Below are positions 40,274 to 53,199 of a stretch of DNA of 64,000 nt, piece after piece. A model generated the notes under the pieces. That model searched no databases. It had not been told where the DNA came from and saw nothing but the letters and a program-made list of their open reading frames with translations. Made by a program: the position numbers and the translations under genes. Origin of the DNA: Albugo candida (taxonomy: Eukaryota); the NCBI GenBank assembly GCA_040437565.1, contig JBDOQK010000042.1:1-64000 (forward strand). The letters run 5' to 3'. Numbering within the stretch: the first letter of the stretch is position 1; every line of letters starts with the position of its first letter.

Positions 40274-40924
40274 TTATATAAAGCTCACAAAAAATTTTTC
40301 CTGTTGCTTATTGAGTTGAACGTTGTACAAGCTCATTGCATGGGGATTGAAAATCACAGTTCCATGACACGTTCCTTGTATAATAATCTCTTTCTTGACA
40401 CCACGACATATCTTTTCGTTCTTCTGTTCTGTCCCTATTACGAGGCATAAGTTGATATTATCTTCCACCTTATTGAATTTTTCAAAAATGAACGGTGGAA
40501 CAACAAGATTCGTTTCGGTTATGTCAAACATAACAAATAAGGCACCTTGACCTTCAGAATTAATGGATACATCCATTGTCTGGACTACCCACTCCTCGCC
40601 ACCAATATTTGAACTCGTTATCGTAGCGGGGCTTGACGCATCTGTAGTCAACCATAATTGATCAAGTCGAAAGGAAGCAAAAAATTGAGGACAATTATTA
40701 CCATTGCAAACCGGTCTGATGTCAATTACCTTTTTCTTTATGTTTTCTGTACAGTAAAGTAAAATTATCTTCTTTGTGGCGAGCACAGCAACAAAATTAG
40801 TCTGCTGACTCACTTTGGGTGCTTGCAATCGGCAAGTCAAAACCGGTGGAAGCTCGCACTGTTCGCCATATGAAAATAAAGATGTTGCTTTATGAAGCAT
40901 GTAAATGATCAGTGATATTTTCAT
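40274..40924 (-). CDS. Putative secreted protein, 216 aa, unknown function (candidate effector)
   Basis: Longest uninterrupted ORF in the window. From the ATG at 40924 it reads MKISLIIYMLHKATSLFSYG (signal-peptide-like), then a beta-rich region with 8 Cys. No TE motifs. Confidence 0.6.
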   Translation of the reverse strand: MKISLIIYMLHKATSLFSYGEQCELPPVLTCRLQAPKVSQQTNFVAVLATKKIILLYCTENIKKKVIDIRPVCNGNNCPQFFASFRLDQLWLTTDASSPATITSSNIGGEEWVVQTMDVSINSEGQGALFVMFDITETNLVVPPFIFEKFNKVEDNINLCLVIGTEQKNEKICRGVKKEIIIQGTCHGTVIFNPHAMSLYNVQLNKQQEKFFVSFI

Positions 40925-41165
40925 AGTGGCGGATTCGAGTTTTGGAGCGGAGGTAATTTGGGAAACCAGAAGGAGACTTTTAGGATAGGAAACCGCTGTA
41001 GAAGGTATAAGGAGTTGTCCGGTCTTGTCTAAGAACATTCGAGAACAATTCTTAAAAGTTCTCAACGTTGCCGGATCAGATTTATCATGTTTTCGTGGTC
41101 ATGCGATATTCAAACCGTCACCAATCATCGTCTAGAATAGGGAAAACGTTGCACTGATTCATGAA

Positions 41166-41204
41166 GCACACACCTAGACGCACACACCTAGACGCACACA
41201 CCTA
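41166..41204. repeat. 14-bp tandem repeat GCACACACCTAGAC, ~2.8 copies
   Basis: Read directly from the sequence. Confidence 0.9.
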
Positions 41205-44200
41205 TAAAAATAGTTCTGTGGTCTGCTAATTCCGTGTGATGCAATACGAGTTCTCTCACAATGCATGACGTATTCTATAAGCAGACAATTTTCCCATTAC
41301 TAAATAATAAATTGGACAAACGCTTTCACTATTCTCGAATCAGATATTATATTTGCGAGGTGGTAAGACATTCATCCTATCGTAAAGAATAAAGAAACGT
41401 TGCCTTGTTTCACGTCGCATAAAAGTATCTCCTTTGAAGCGTATATAATGTTTTGCTAATTCCGTTGTCTCACAATCGGTAGGTATTCTACAAGTAGGTA
41501 ATCATTTTCATCACTGGGAGCTAGTTGTACAACCTTAAACCATGATGTGAGGAACACCGTGATGGAAATCAAATGTATCAGATGAAAGATTATACACATG
41601 GAAAGGTTTGAACAATCCTAGCATCATCTAAAAACTTTGCATCTATCTTCTATAGCGGTTATGAATAGAATGTGCATGATGTACTCGCGTACAGGTACCA
41701 AGATAGATATTACGCTGATTTGTTGACTGCTTAACCAACAGTATCACCAGAATGTTGGACAATATAACGAGAGCAATCTCAAGCAATAACTGCTTGTAAT
41801 TTTTGTACACTCGATGCCAACGACATTACCTCGCCCCTCTACGTTTGCTTTTTCTAGATGCCAGCCGATCTCGTTTCCATGAAACTATCGATGTGAAATA
41901 CCTGCTTTGCGGCACCAAAGCATAGAAAAACCAAAGACTATGGGTCCTGTCTTATTGTTTTCATTCTGGTGTCCCGATCACGTTCTAATTAACGAGTACA
42001 CATGGCGTCGAGTTCCTAGGTATGCATCGTATACATTTGGTCGACCTAAAGTATGTTTATGCGATACTCCGTCAAGCTCTCACCAAGCAGATATGGATTA
42101 AGCGGTTAGTCTCATAAAAATCCCATTTATCAACAGTTAACAGAGTCCTGCATACTTATTCTATCTATAACTGTCTTAAAATAGGCATACACATAACTGC
42201 TTTGAAGTCTCGTGAACTCGGATCGAATACCTCTGATGCTGTCACGCCTTAATCCAGGGAGGCACATTTGACTATAAAGCTGGTACATCGTTCCGAATAT
42301 CGGTGGTATAGAAGTGAACATTAGACTTCTCTTCCAAAGATGCCGCATCCTATTTGCTCACAAATGGTCTTGAAAGTAAGGCATTTTCTTCTGGTGGCTT
42401 TACGTCATCGCTTTTTACACTTCAATTACCGCAACACAATAATGCTACGATTAGGATGATGGTAATCGCGAATCAAGCGACATAGGGTAAGATGAAAATA
42501 TTTTCTAATGAGCAAGATCAACCCTTCCGCACTCGAGAATAATATCCCTAGAAAGAGGAAATCCAAATGCATCTTAAAGAATTCTCATTGTTCATCTGCG
42601 AACGATATGTGCCATCAGGAAGAACCTTTTTTATTAGTGCGCAGAGATAAACGGGATTGGCTTGGGTATCAAGTGATTAGTAGAACTGTTGGAGGCGTTC
42701 TAGTCTCAAGAGAGATATTATTGCATTTCTTGTGATTGCAGTGCTTGTGGATTTTTAAGACATTGCCGAAATTGTGATGGATCGTTGTCTACGACGACAA
42801 GAGTGTTTGTACTTTGGTGAGACAAGCGACGCTTAAGTGTGATATCTAATATAGCACAATGCTAGATCTTTTGAGTGATCTACTGGAAAAAGTATACCAT
42901 TGTAAGATTATCATTATAGGCCATCAAACAGGCTCCACTAAACCATTCATAGAAGTGCTCTTGATTGAGGAGAACGATGCCGATGCCAATTACCATCTCT
43001 TAATCCACTGACCGATGAAACAATCTGTCAAGTTATCTTCGACCAAACTATGGTCAAGTGATCTCGGGTGGTTGTGATCCACTGAAAGATAACAACTGCT
43101 TCTTATCTCGCAGTAGAATTTTGGCGAAAAAACTGGGATGAACTGACTGGCAAGCAGTGCTTCTTTGGAAGAGAAGGGTACATTTAGAACTCAGGTTCCA
43201 CCTAATTGCAATCGGTGACGATAACGAAGGAGCGTTCCTCTGTTCATACCTTCGGAGATAAACATATCTCGAAACAAATTGTCATGTCTTCGCCAGATTA
43301 GAGCTATGACAGCGGACATAGATATATCCGATCAAGAGTCATCAATGTTCACCTCTCCTCCAAATTCCACACCACCTGTATCTCACTTTTTTAGAACCGT
43401 CTCCAACAGCATTAGTTCATCTCGATGTGGCCATAAAGCTCGTTTCGTCCCCGAGAAACATCAACATGTAGAGTCATGTCGACCAATGATTTCGAAAGCA
43501 TCACATCATCCCTACCCTGGTAGGGAATAAGGAGGTATTTTTGCGTGCGCGTATGAATGGAGAAATAATAGATTGAAGCAGTTGTTAATACTGTGCAGTG
43601 TTCCACACTTTTCTACGTTAACTGCTCTAAGTAAAAGCTTTTAATACAGTTGCGTAGATCTCACTGCACATTCTTGATGTCTGCACTGGTCGCGAGGTTT
43701 CCAATATACAAATGGATGGCGAATGACCCGTTTATTTGGATTCTTCACAAAATCAGAGCCCTCGCAGATTATGTACGGCGAAGCACAAATAAATGAAGTC
43801 GAGTCTCAGCGTGAGAGAAAGAACAGGGTACAGCGATCGACTTGATGAGCAGATACAGAAAATATAACCGACATCCCACCCTCACCAGACAACATTACAT
43901 CATGTTGGATATCATCGTAGTCGACTGTAGGTGCCATTTCTTGAGATCAATAAAGATAAAAAATATGAATCTGGTAAAATGAAGAGATTTTGGTTCATTA
44001 AATTTGAAAAAAAAGATATTGAAGGCCATTTCTTTGAAAAAAACATGACTCAAAGTTGAAGAGTAAGATACATTTGACGGGGCGAAATGATGCAATCCAA
44101 GACCAAGTTATAAAGATACAATCAGATGCATCCCTTTCTGTTTCCGAAAAGAGCAAAACCCATCTGAGTACATCTTTTATCACGAGGATGTTAAGCCTTC

Positions 44201-44321
44201 TGATGAAGCTCAGTACCTGTTTTCAACCAGGCTTTTTGGACTTGAATACTCAATACCTCGGTCTTGAGCCTCAGCTTCATATAAAACGCGTTAGATACGA
44301 TACTATCAGGGACAGCATCAA

Positions 44322-45601
44322 TGTTAGAAGAGATCTTTTCACGATAGTTCGTCATGGGTTTGTGCGTCAACTGCAAGAACCATCACAGGTAAAGTCCGAC
44401 CTCACCTGAAAGGTTGGTTTAGTGGCAACGTGACAGATGGGAGGATGTGAGACGGTCACCACGTGATACCAGATGGACGACATACTCAAGTTTGTAATGC
44501 CGCTGCGCATGCATGTTGTAGTGTTAACAAAGAAGATTAAAGCTAAATATATTTTACTTGAACTTCTACCTCTATTGCGACAAGTGCAATTCAAATACTG
44601 GCAACAGGTTATGATGCCAAACGATCGTGGTGGTCGATGGTCGTATCCTGATCTTCGACTAACAATCAGAAGAAAAGTCGGCAGTTCCCGTGGCGATACT
44701 AGACAAGGTGGTCGCCATGCTTGGTGGTTTGTCAGAGCGAATCTGTCGGATGAAATCCTCGCATAACGGACAAGTCAACCGACATCGCAAGGAATCTGCG
44801 AAGTCAACCACTTTTGGTTCGGTTTTTGGATCTGCGGCAGGTATGAACCTTCGGAATCTGGAGCATTTCTCTCCTTCCAGGCGTTGAACGAATGTCTCGC
44901 CGACCACCTGCTTTGATGCCCAACGACCAACTTATGCTGGGGATATGCTCGACCCACAGGCTCAGGTCGATGACAACTATGAAATGGGTCAAAGACCTGA
45001 TGCTAGCTTTCATGGGAAGGGTACACCTGAAGGAGTATACCCAGGTATGCGTATACCCTGTCCGGTTTATTACCAGCCTGGGAANNNNNNNNNNNNNNNN
45101 NNNNNNNNNNNNNNNNNNNNNNNNNNNNNNNNNNNNNNNNNNNNNNNNNNNNNNNNNNNNNNNNNNNNNNNNNNNNNNNNNNNNTATCGATATTTGCCTC
45201 AAGTTTATGTTTCACCGGACTCACGCCAAGCTCGTGCAGCGAAGTTTTGTCAAGTCTGATGCTATGATGGCGGATCTATTGATGAAGGCACTACCAGCAC
45301 CAAAGATCTCGGGCCTGCGTGGTATGTTCGAGTTGAAGGGTTTGCGCGCCAACTGCAAGAACCATCACAGGTAAATTCTTACCTCACCTAAAAGGCTGCT
45401 TTGGTGGCAACGCGACAGATGGGAGGAAGAGAGACGGTCACTACGTGGTACCAGACGGAAGTCATGTGAAACGTGACGTAGTCAAGTTTGAAATGCCGTT
45501 GCACATACATGTTGTAGTGTTAACATACAAGGTTAATGCTAAATATATTTACTTGTACTTCTACCTCTATTGCAACAAGTGCAAGTCAAATAATTCCAAC
45601 A
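44322..45601 (+). mobile_element. Ty1/copia element with exact 5-bp TSD; interior mostly missing at a gap
   Basis: 5' LTR 44322-44606 (TGTTAG..GCAACA), PBS GGTTATGATGCCA, gag N-terminus, gap, RNase H end (MMADLLMKAL), 3' LTR ending 45601. ATCAA on both sides (44317-21, 45602-06). Confidence 0.92.
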
Positions 45602-47573
45602 ATCAAAAAGTTCGAAGACACGTACTTGACGTATTAAAGCTCCCCGTGTGTGAATTAATAAAATATCGAACTAGTAGATGCTCCTCTCGGTTTCCGGAGA
45701 AAGTACGGTGAGATGTTGATGAAGCAAGTTCTCAACCAATCAAGCCAAAATTGAATAGGTCTACATCAGATTATGCAGGTTATTTCATGTATTAAAATCT
45801 CAGAAATAAATAGAGAGANNNNNNNNNNNNNNNNNNNNNNNNNNNNNNNNNNNNNNNNNNNNNNNNNNNNNNNNNNNNNNNNNNNNNNNNNNNNNNNNNN
45901 NNNNNNNNNNNNNNNNNNAGTTTGAAATGCCGTTGCACATACATGTTGTAGTGTTAACATACAAGGTTAATGCTAAATATATTTTACTTGTACTTCTACC
46001 TCTATTGCAACAAGTGCAATTCAAATAATTCCAACAATCAAAAAGTTCAAAGCCACGTACTTGACGTATTAAAGCTCCCCGTGTGTAAATTAATAAAATA
46101 TCGAACTAGTAGATGCTTCTTCTCAGTTTCCGGAAGAAGTACGGTGAGATGTTGATGAAGCAAGTTCTCAACCAATCAAGCCAAAATTGAATAGGTCTAC
46201 ATCAGATTATGCAGGTTATTTCATGTATTAAAATCTCAGAAATAAATAGAGAGACCCCTCTCGCGTGATCTATTCCCATTACTTAGTCAGAGTATATGAA
46301 ATCTTCTCAATATCATAACAAGATCAAAAAAAGATCGGAACATAGCTACCCTTCCCGAAAATATACTGCGCGTATTTTGATCATTCCCACCTCAGGTAGG
46401 CCAGACAGACTTTGCTAGCCCTTAGAGATCTTTAGTGGATTGAGCAAATATGGAAATGGTTTCTCAGTGTAATTTTCGCCAATTGAAAGTTAATCGTGCA
46501 TAGCGATGAGTAAGACTGGGAGCTTAGTCACGCTGTAGCTTTGCCTTAGAAGCCTATGATCGAAAACCGCTGCAACCGCTCATTAGTATGGTTCAGTTGA
46601 AGGTGTTGACATTTCTAGAATTACAAAAAAATATTTCTTTCGATGCCTAGGCTTTCGTCAAAAGCAAATGTACATACACAAAAGCCTTTCATTAAAGGAA
46701 CCGTTGAAATCTCCTCAGTGCGTTTGCTACGATTACCTCGGTTTGATATGATCCTACGTGATTGGCTAGTTTTAGAGGCTGATAATTCACCCATTCAGAC
46801 TGCAAAAGAGATCATCATTCTATATATCTTCAAATTGGCTTATTTCTATATCTTCGTATACCATTTTTCTCATAATTAGCTTTGTCAGCACAACAATGAG
46901 CGCTCTCGCGCCTCCTCAAGAAACGGCTTACGGCAACCTGAAAGTGGCATTGATGGTAATGCGNNNNNNNNNNNNNNNNNNNNNNNNNNNNNNNNNNNNN
47001 NNNNNNNNNNNNNNNNNNNNNNNNNNNNNNNNNNNNNNNNNNNNNNNNNNNNNNNNNNNNNNNGAATAGGTCTACATCAGATTATGCAGGTTATTTCATG
47101 TATTAAAATCTCAGAAATAAATAGAGAGAGACCCCTCTCGCGTGATCTATTCCCATGACTTAGTCAGAGTACATGAAATCTTCTCAATATCATAACAAGA
47201 TCAAAAAAAGATCGGAACATAGCTACCCTTCCCGAAAATATACTGCGCGTATTTTGATAATTTCCACCTCAGGCAGGCCAGACAGACTTTGCTAGCCCTT
47301 AGAGATCTATAGGGGATTGAGCAAATATGGAAATGGTTGCTCTGTGTAATTTTCGCCAATTGAAAGTTAATCGTGCGAAGCGATGAGTAAGACTGGGAGG
47401 TTAGTCACGCTGTAGCTTTGCCTTAGAAGCCTATGATCGAAAACCGCTGCAATCGCTCATTAGTATGGCTCAGTTGTAGGTGTTGACATTTCTAGAATTA
47501 CAAAAAACTATTTCTTTCGATGCCTAGGCTTTCGTCAAAAGCAAATGTACATACACAAAAGCCTTTCATTAAA

Positions 47574-50199
47574 GGAACCGTTAAAATCGCCTTAGTGCGT
47601 TTCCTACGATTACCTCGGTTTGATATGATCCTACGTGATTGGCTAGTTTTAGAGCCTGATAATACACCCATTCAGACTGCAAAAGAGATCATCATTCTAT
47701 TCATCTTCAAATTGGCTTGTTTCTATATCTTCGTATACCATTTTTCTCATAATTAGCTTTTTCAGCACAACAATGACCGCTCTCGCGCCTCCTCAAGAAA
47801 CGGCTTACGGCAACCTGAAAGTGGCAATTGATGGTAATGCGCAAAAACAAGGCTACGCATTGCGTGTACTGCGTACACATAAGATTGTAATCGGAAGAAT
47901 GGAGACGTGAAGGGTCAAGACACAAAATGCTCGCAGACTGGGGCTGCGGTCTGAGGTGATAGTCGCTCCTGTATACGCGTTTTCTCCGGCCGTAAAGTAG
48001 GTTGTCCAATTCGAGTTCTAATTCGCAAAATTGGAAGCGAATCAGCTGGGTCTCAGGTCACTGTTGTCTGTACAATTCATAAACGTGAGGCCTCTGAACA
48101 CGCTTCGGCTAATCCGAAGGGGAAGAAGCTAAAGCCGGGATACAAAGCGGTGTTCGAAGCCTTAGGGCGACCAGTCGTAGAGTCTAATCGCATATCGACC
48201 TTTCTAAGACAGCAAACACCGACCTGATGCGACATCCCAAGATGTCTACAACCTACGTTGCTTGCATAGAGCCGAGCTTCTGTCTGGCTGTTCGCCACTT
48301 CAAGCATTGCTGGATAACCTTGAAAGCCCGTTTGTAGTGTATTGTATTCAACAAACGCCAGAAGGCTTACAGTTCCTCCATCTGTTGATTGTGTACGTGT
48401 CAGCACGCATTTTTTATAGCACGTTCAGCCAAGGGAGTGTCTGGTTACTTGATGCAACTTATAAAAAAAATTGCTATGGTCTACTAATGTTTCATGGGGT
48501 GTAACAACCTCGACGAATGCGACATACACCCTGTGCTTTTGTTATATGGAAAAGGAAACAACGGCTGACTATGGCTGGGCAATGGACAATATAAAAAAGC
48601 TTTTCAACGACCGGGGGATCGACCACCAACTCAACTTTGTGACAAATCGGGAACTCGCACTCATGACCGCACTGTCGAAAACATACCGCTTTTATTATGT
48701 CGTTGGCATATCAGCAAAAAACATCTTTGCCAAACAACGGACAGCACTTCCATTGAAAGAGTATTTCGACCGTTTTCTCGAAGACTATAGCAGGTTAGTG
48801 AATGCTACTACTGAAGCAGCATACGAAGAAGTCCTCGAGGAAATGCGTGATTATTTGCCGCGTCAAGCCATGAATTATTCATCAAAAAAATGGCTTATCT
48901 ACAAGGTAACAGCTTACCACATGTATCTCCATACCGGAACCAACAAACAACTTATTATCCTTCACGATACGCTAGAAAGAGCTTGTCAATGCTTGGATGC
49001 ACGGTGTCCCGCATTATGGGCTCACGTCAACATAGCGCGTGGAGATTGCCCATGAGGCTTTAAATAAATGGATTGGTGTGTCCATAGGCAGGTAAATATA
49101 TCTTTCTGCGCAAGGCTTTGATATCACAAGCTCTTGCTGCCATGTGTTTTACTGACTTGCTCTCTCTTCTCAGTTGATCATTTAACAGTGGATACTGCCA
49201 TCAACATGGCATGTGATGGGCAGCTTGCCAGAATAAGCCAGGAACATGGAGCGTTCTATTGGCGACATGCAGCTCGGCCCATGTTTGCAGTTGTCTTAGT
49301 TAAGGTCTCGGTAGCAGCTCTACGGATGCGCACGGGAAGTATATGACAAGGGATGCGGGAAGCGCCTGCCAAGGCCTCCGGAAGACAGCTATAGTATACC
49401 CGAGTGTGCATTTGTGAGACAATGAACCGTTAGGTATAAAACGTTGGCTGGATGCCACAATGATATTGAGCCAAGCTTACAAGTCACTTATTTAATCAAT
49501 AGGGATGGCCGCTTTCCATAAGCATTGGTGGTTGGATCAACCACCGCGTATGCGTTGTGGCAGTAAATCAAATTTGGAAACTATGTCCAGTGCATTTCAA
49601 GCGGTAGCAGAATCGTATCAAATTGAGTCTTCTTCACAAAAGACACGCCGTGTTGGGCATCATACTCGGCGCTTCAGCTGCTGCAAGTGCTGTCCTTGAA
49701 CCAGTGTCTGTGCAAGTGCGTGAGAGGCCATCTGGATCGATTCAAAAGATTCAACCATTTGCATCATCGACGCAAATAAGCTCGTCGGAATTTGAGCTCA
49801 TTGCAGCAGCCTTGGATGCGTCCATGCAAAGAAGATGTGGCCGTTTCAGGAGGGTAAGACACAAAGTACGAAGATGTGAAACTGCAACAACAAGTCCCAC
49901 AGGATCAATTTTATAGAAAAGAAGGTTCTTGTGTCATGAATGACCCGTAAAGAGTGAATTTTAGGACTCAGTTTACAGAATAGTATACTTTCGTGTTATG
50001 AACAAACGAAGAACTATGGAATAGTCTAACAAAAATGCTCGAATTAAATGATTGCGAATTGAGTGCAAAATAGTTGACATCGATAAGTGGCGGGGGGTTC
50101 CATCATATTATCATATTTTCCTTACCTAGGCATACGTTAGCACTATGCAAGCATTAGGTTAGCCAATTATATCAGACTGAGGGGATTTTAACGGTTTCC
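47574..50199 (+). mobile_element. Degenerate Mutator-like (MULE) DNA transposon with ~23-bp TIRs
   Basis: LLDATYKKN, FCYMEKET..YGWAM, FVTNRELALM, LLCRWHI.KNI, RVEIAH..L. TIRs GGAACCGTTAAAATCGCCTTAGT (47574) and ACTGAGGGGATTTTAACGGTTTCC (50176-50199). No clear TSD. Confidence 0.82.
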
Positions 50200-51130
50200 C
50201 GTGATTTACATTTGTTCGATCGATCAAAAGCGGCGCCAATTTGGGCAATTTCCAAGCCGAAGACCTGTAGCGCGTTGCTAAAACTGAAACCTCTATTCTC
50301 GCAGCATTCACGTCGGAAATTGGATGGTTGACGTCCGCTTTGACTCCCTCGTGACATCCTCACTGGGCATCATGTAAGCCTCAAAGTTATGTTCACAGCC
50401 TTTTGCAGCGTTCGTGAAGCGGCATCCATCCATCACGTCTGCCAGCGTAAGCACAAAACGCCTGAAAGCCCAGATGCTCTATCTTTACTGATCAACATTA
50501 GTCAGGTCCTATTAAGCGGTTCGTGATGTCTGGCATGGAGCTTCAGACAATACTAATTTCCCCCCTGTATTCGAATTTGATTCGGCTGCCAATATAGATC
50601 GATTAACGCATTCGAATCCCGCCAGCTGACAGGGTTTCTTTTATTGGATGCGTTGAGACGGAACCACATATCATAGAAGATTTGTAGAAGCTCTGTCCGT
50701 ATTCCGTATTTTCAAGCGGTTGTTCCGCTGCGCTTTGACGTTATCGACCGGAGGCCGAAGAAGCTGAAATCCTCTACCCCATATGACTTGACGCCAACAA
50801 GTGTTCGAATCGACGATTTGAGTGGGCCTAGCTGCACAGTAGACTGTACTCATAGAGAGATTCGGTGCAAGTGGACGATAGTCAGAGGCTTTTTGCCGCT
50901 CCGCTGGAACTACCGTATTCAAAATACCAGCAACGGAAGGATCTGATGCAGCACGAGATCTTTCATTTGGGACGTAAATTTGAGTCCGTATCGAGAATCC
51001 AAAGCCTACCGTAGGAGGTTTTGAGAAGGATACGAATGCGCCGACGACTTTTGGACTGTAAACACTGGGGGTATATTACGACGGTGAAAGCCTTTTGGAC
51101 GGTGGGGTTTTCGTCATCCTAACGCGAGCT
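50200..51130 (-). mobile_element. Possible very degenerate LINE ORF1 fragment
   Basis: Minus-strand relics such as PCQLAGF..IEYRGKLVL weakly resemble the 12132-13460 type. Confidence 0.25.
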
Positions 51131-51147
51131 TGTGGCATTCCATCCAT

Positions 51148-52340
51148 TTATTCGCATTTATCAAACAGTTTCTGCGTGCAACCGATTTGGTCGAGAGTCC
51201 ATTTCTTTGGCTCACTAGGTGCATCACCGATATCTGAATCCAAAAGCTGGGCAAATTGACATAATTCCTCAGCTTGTCGTCTGGTTACTTCTCTCATTGT
51301 GTTGAGACGGGCCATCAGAGCCTGTTTGAAATCAGGTTTTGCGTACTTCCTAACGCTTTCAAGAAGCATATCATCTGCTCCGTTGGGATGAGAAAAAGCT
51401 CGCTCCAAGAACGTCCAGTCGGCGTCTTTTGCCGTAAAAGATCGTGTTGTTTGCGTTCTGGTGATACTGGGCTCAAACACTTCGTCAATCCGGTCCATCA
51501 CTTCTACAAGGGATAGAGCACTGTGTCACCCATTAACGGACTTGCTTATCGTAATAAGTGAGCGCTTTGCCGCTCAGATACCGCCCTAGTTAGGCCATCT
51601 TTATTTCATCGCTCCAAATCTCCCCGGATGCTTGTTGGGCATGTAATAGCTGCCGCAAGAAACGGTTACCCCATTAAGTAAACAGCGCTTTAAGACCATA
51701 GTATGTTTACTCCCCGTCAAACGGCTAAATTGCGAGCTTTATATCCCTTGCTGACGGAATCTGACTCTGTTGAGCCCGTCCAGAGCATTTTGTTGCATCG
51801 CATGGACAAAGCTTATCATCATCCCACTTTCATGATGCTGCATCGGTTTCGCATCCAGGGATGACATTGTCAGACCCTGTCCTTGGTTGCTTGGTCCAGC
51901 TAATACGCTTCCCTTTCGCGCGGGCGGTGGTGGTACTGGATATCCGACGCTCCGCTCGGTTTTGATCTTATCCCGTCGATTTCCTAGCATCTCCAGAAGC
52001 AGTATCATTCGGTCCATATTCGACTCATCTGATCCGTCGGATTCTTTCATGGTCTTAGGTGGTGGAATCTAGATTGGGCTCAGAACCTGTTTGCAAGTGA
52101 GCGAAGACCGTTGCTTTGATCCTAACCAATTGTTTAGAGAAACTATCAAGTGCGCTCAGAAACCTAAAGCACATTCTTAAGTCTTTCCAACAATAGGACC
52201 TATGGTCACTTGTATTAGCGCATTCGACTTCATATTGACAGAAGCAACCCAAAGAATGAGCACCTCGACCGTAAAGTTGGATCCAATCAGTCTAAAATTA
52301 CTGGAGGGAGGATAATGGCTGGTATTTTTTGCATGCGACA
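51148..52340 (-). mobile_element. Ty1/copia 5' fragment (LTR ~52088-52340, PBS, gag)
   Basis: LTR end GCAAACA followed by GGTTCTGAGCCCA (52075-52087). Gag relics FDGE..Y.GL and LMARLN..RQAEELCQFAQ; N-terminus resembles that at 44690. Confidence 0.75.
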
Positions 52341-53199
52341 TCTAGCCTTTCATCCAGGGTCTTTTGTTATGTTTCGCCCAATTCTGGATTAAAAGGTCTA
52401 AGCTGCTCTAAAACAGATGAAGGCCAGCAACGGCAAATAAAATCACGTCAGTGGGATGTTCTAATGATTTAGTTGTCCTGTTGCTGCTTTTGAGTAATGA
52501 AAGGAGCATAGAGAAAGGAATCAATGATGCATTCCAAATTGGTACGTGTCTCAAAGATTCGAACGGACAGAGAGAAACTTACTGAGGATTGGCATTTTGA
52601 AATTTTTCCACCTGCTGACTTGATGACGTCTTTAAGGAAAACATTTTGCTTTCTTGCTACTTGCTTGTCGATGAGTTTGGGAACGCCGGTCGGAAGCTTT
52701 TCCATACTGTCCAGGTATGTTCTTGCATGTAATTTTACTTTTCGTTTGTGGAATCCCGAAGTTGTCTCTTCGGCTTTGGCTTCGTCGGCATCACACTCAA
52801 CGTCACTATAATTCTGCCTATCGTCTCCGTTTGCAATTTCACTATTCTCCAAGACACCGTCACGGCCATATAAAGGGACTTGAGAGACGTATATATGCAG
52901 TAGACTGATTAATTGGTCAGTTTACGGTAACAAAAGCTTAAGTATAGTTCAGCCAAATTCTGTAATGCATAACCTCAACCCGAAAAATATAAGACTGTTT
53001 CTATCGTGTAAATGGTAAAAAAAGCTGTCTCTTTCCAAAACAATCGTTCTATTCAAGCTTACATAAGGCACACTAGGCTTAACGACGCCCTCCATCTAGT
53101 ACTAGAATCGGACCTGCACTTGAAATTCAATTTTCCTGGGCCGTGCCCGCAGCAATGATGTTCGACTCCTGTGAAGATCACCAGATGATCCTTTCGTTG

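Noticed and set aside
40925-41065. 47-aa N-terminal extension in the ORF track
   Set aside because: Starts at a TTG; the ATG at 40924 places the hydrophobic leader at the N-terminus.
52469-52852. 127-aa acidic/basic ORF
   Set aside because: Non-ATG start and no diagnostic motif; cannot be called.
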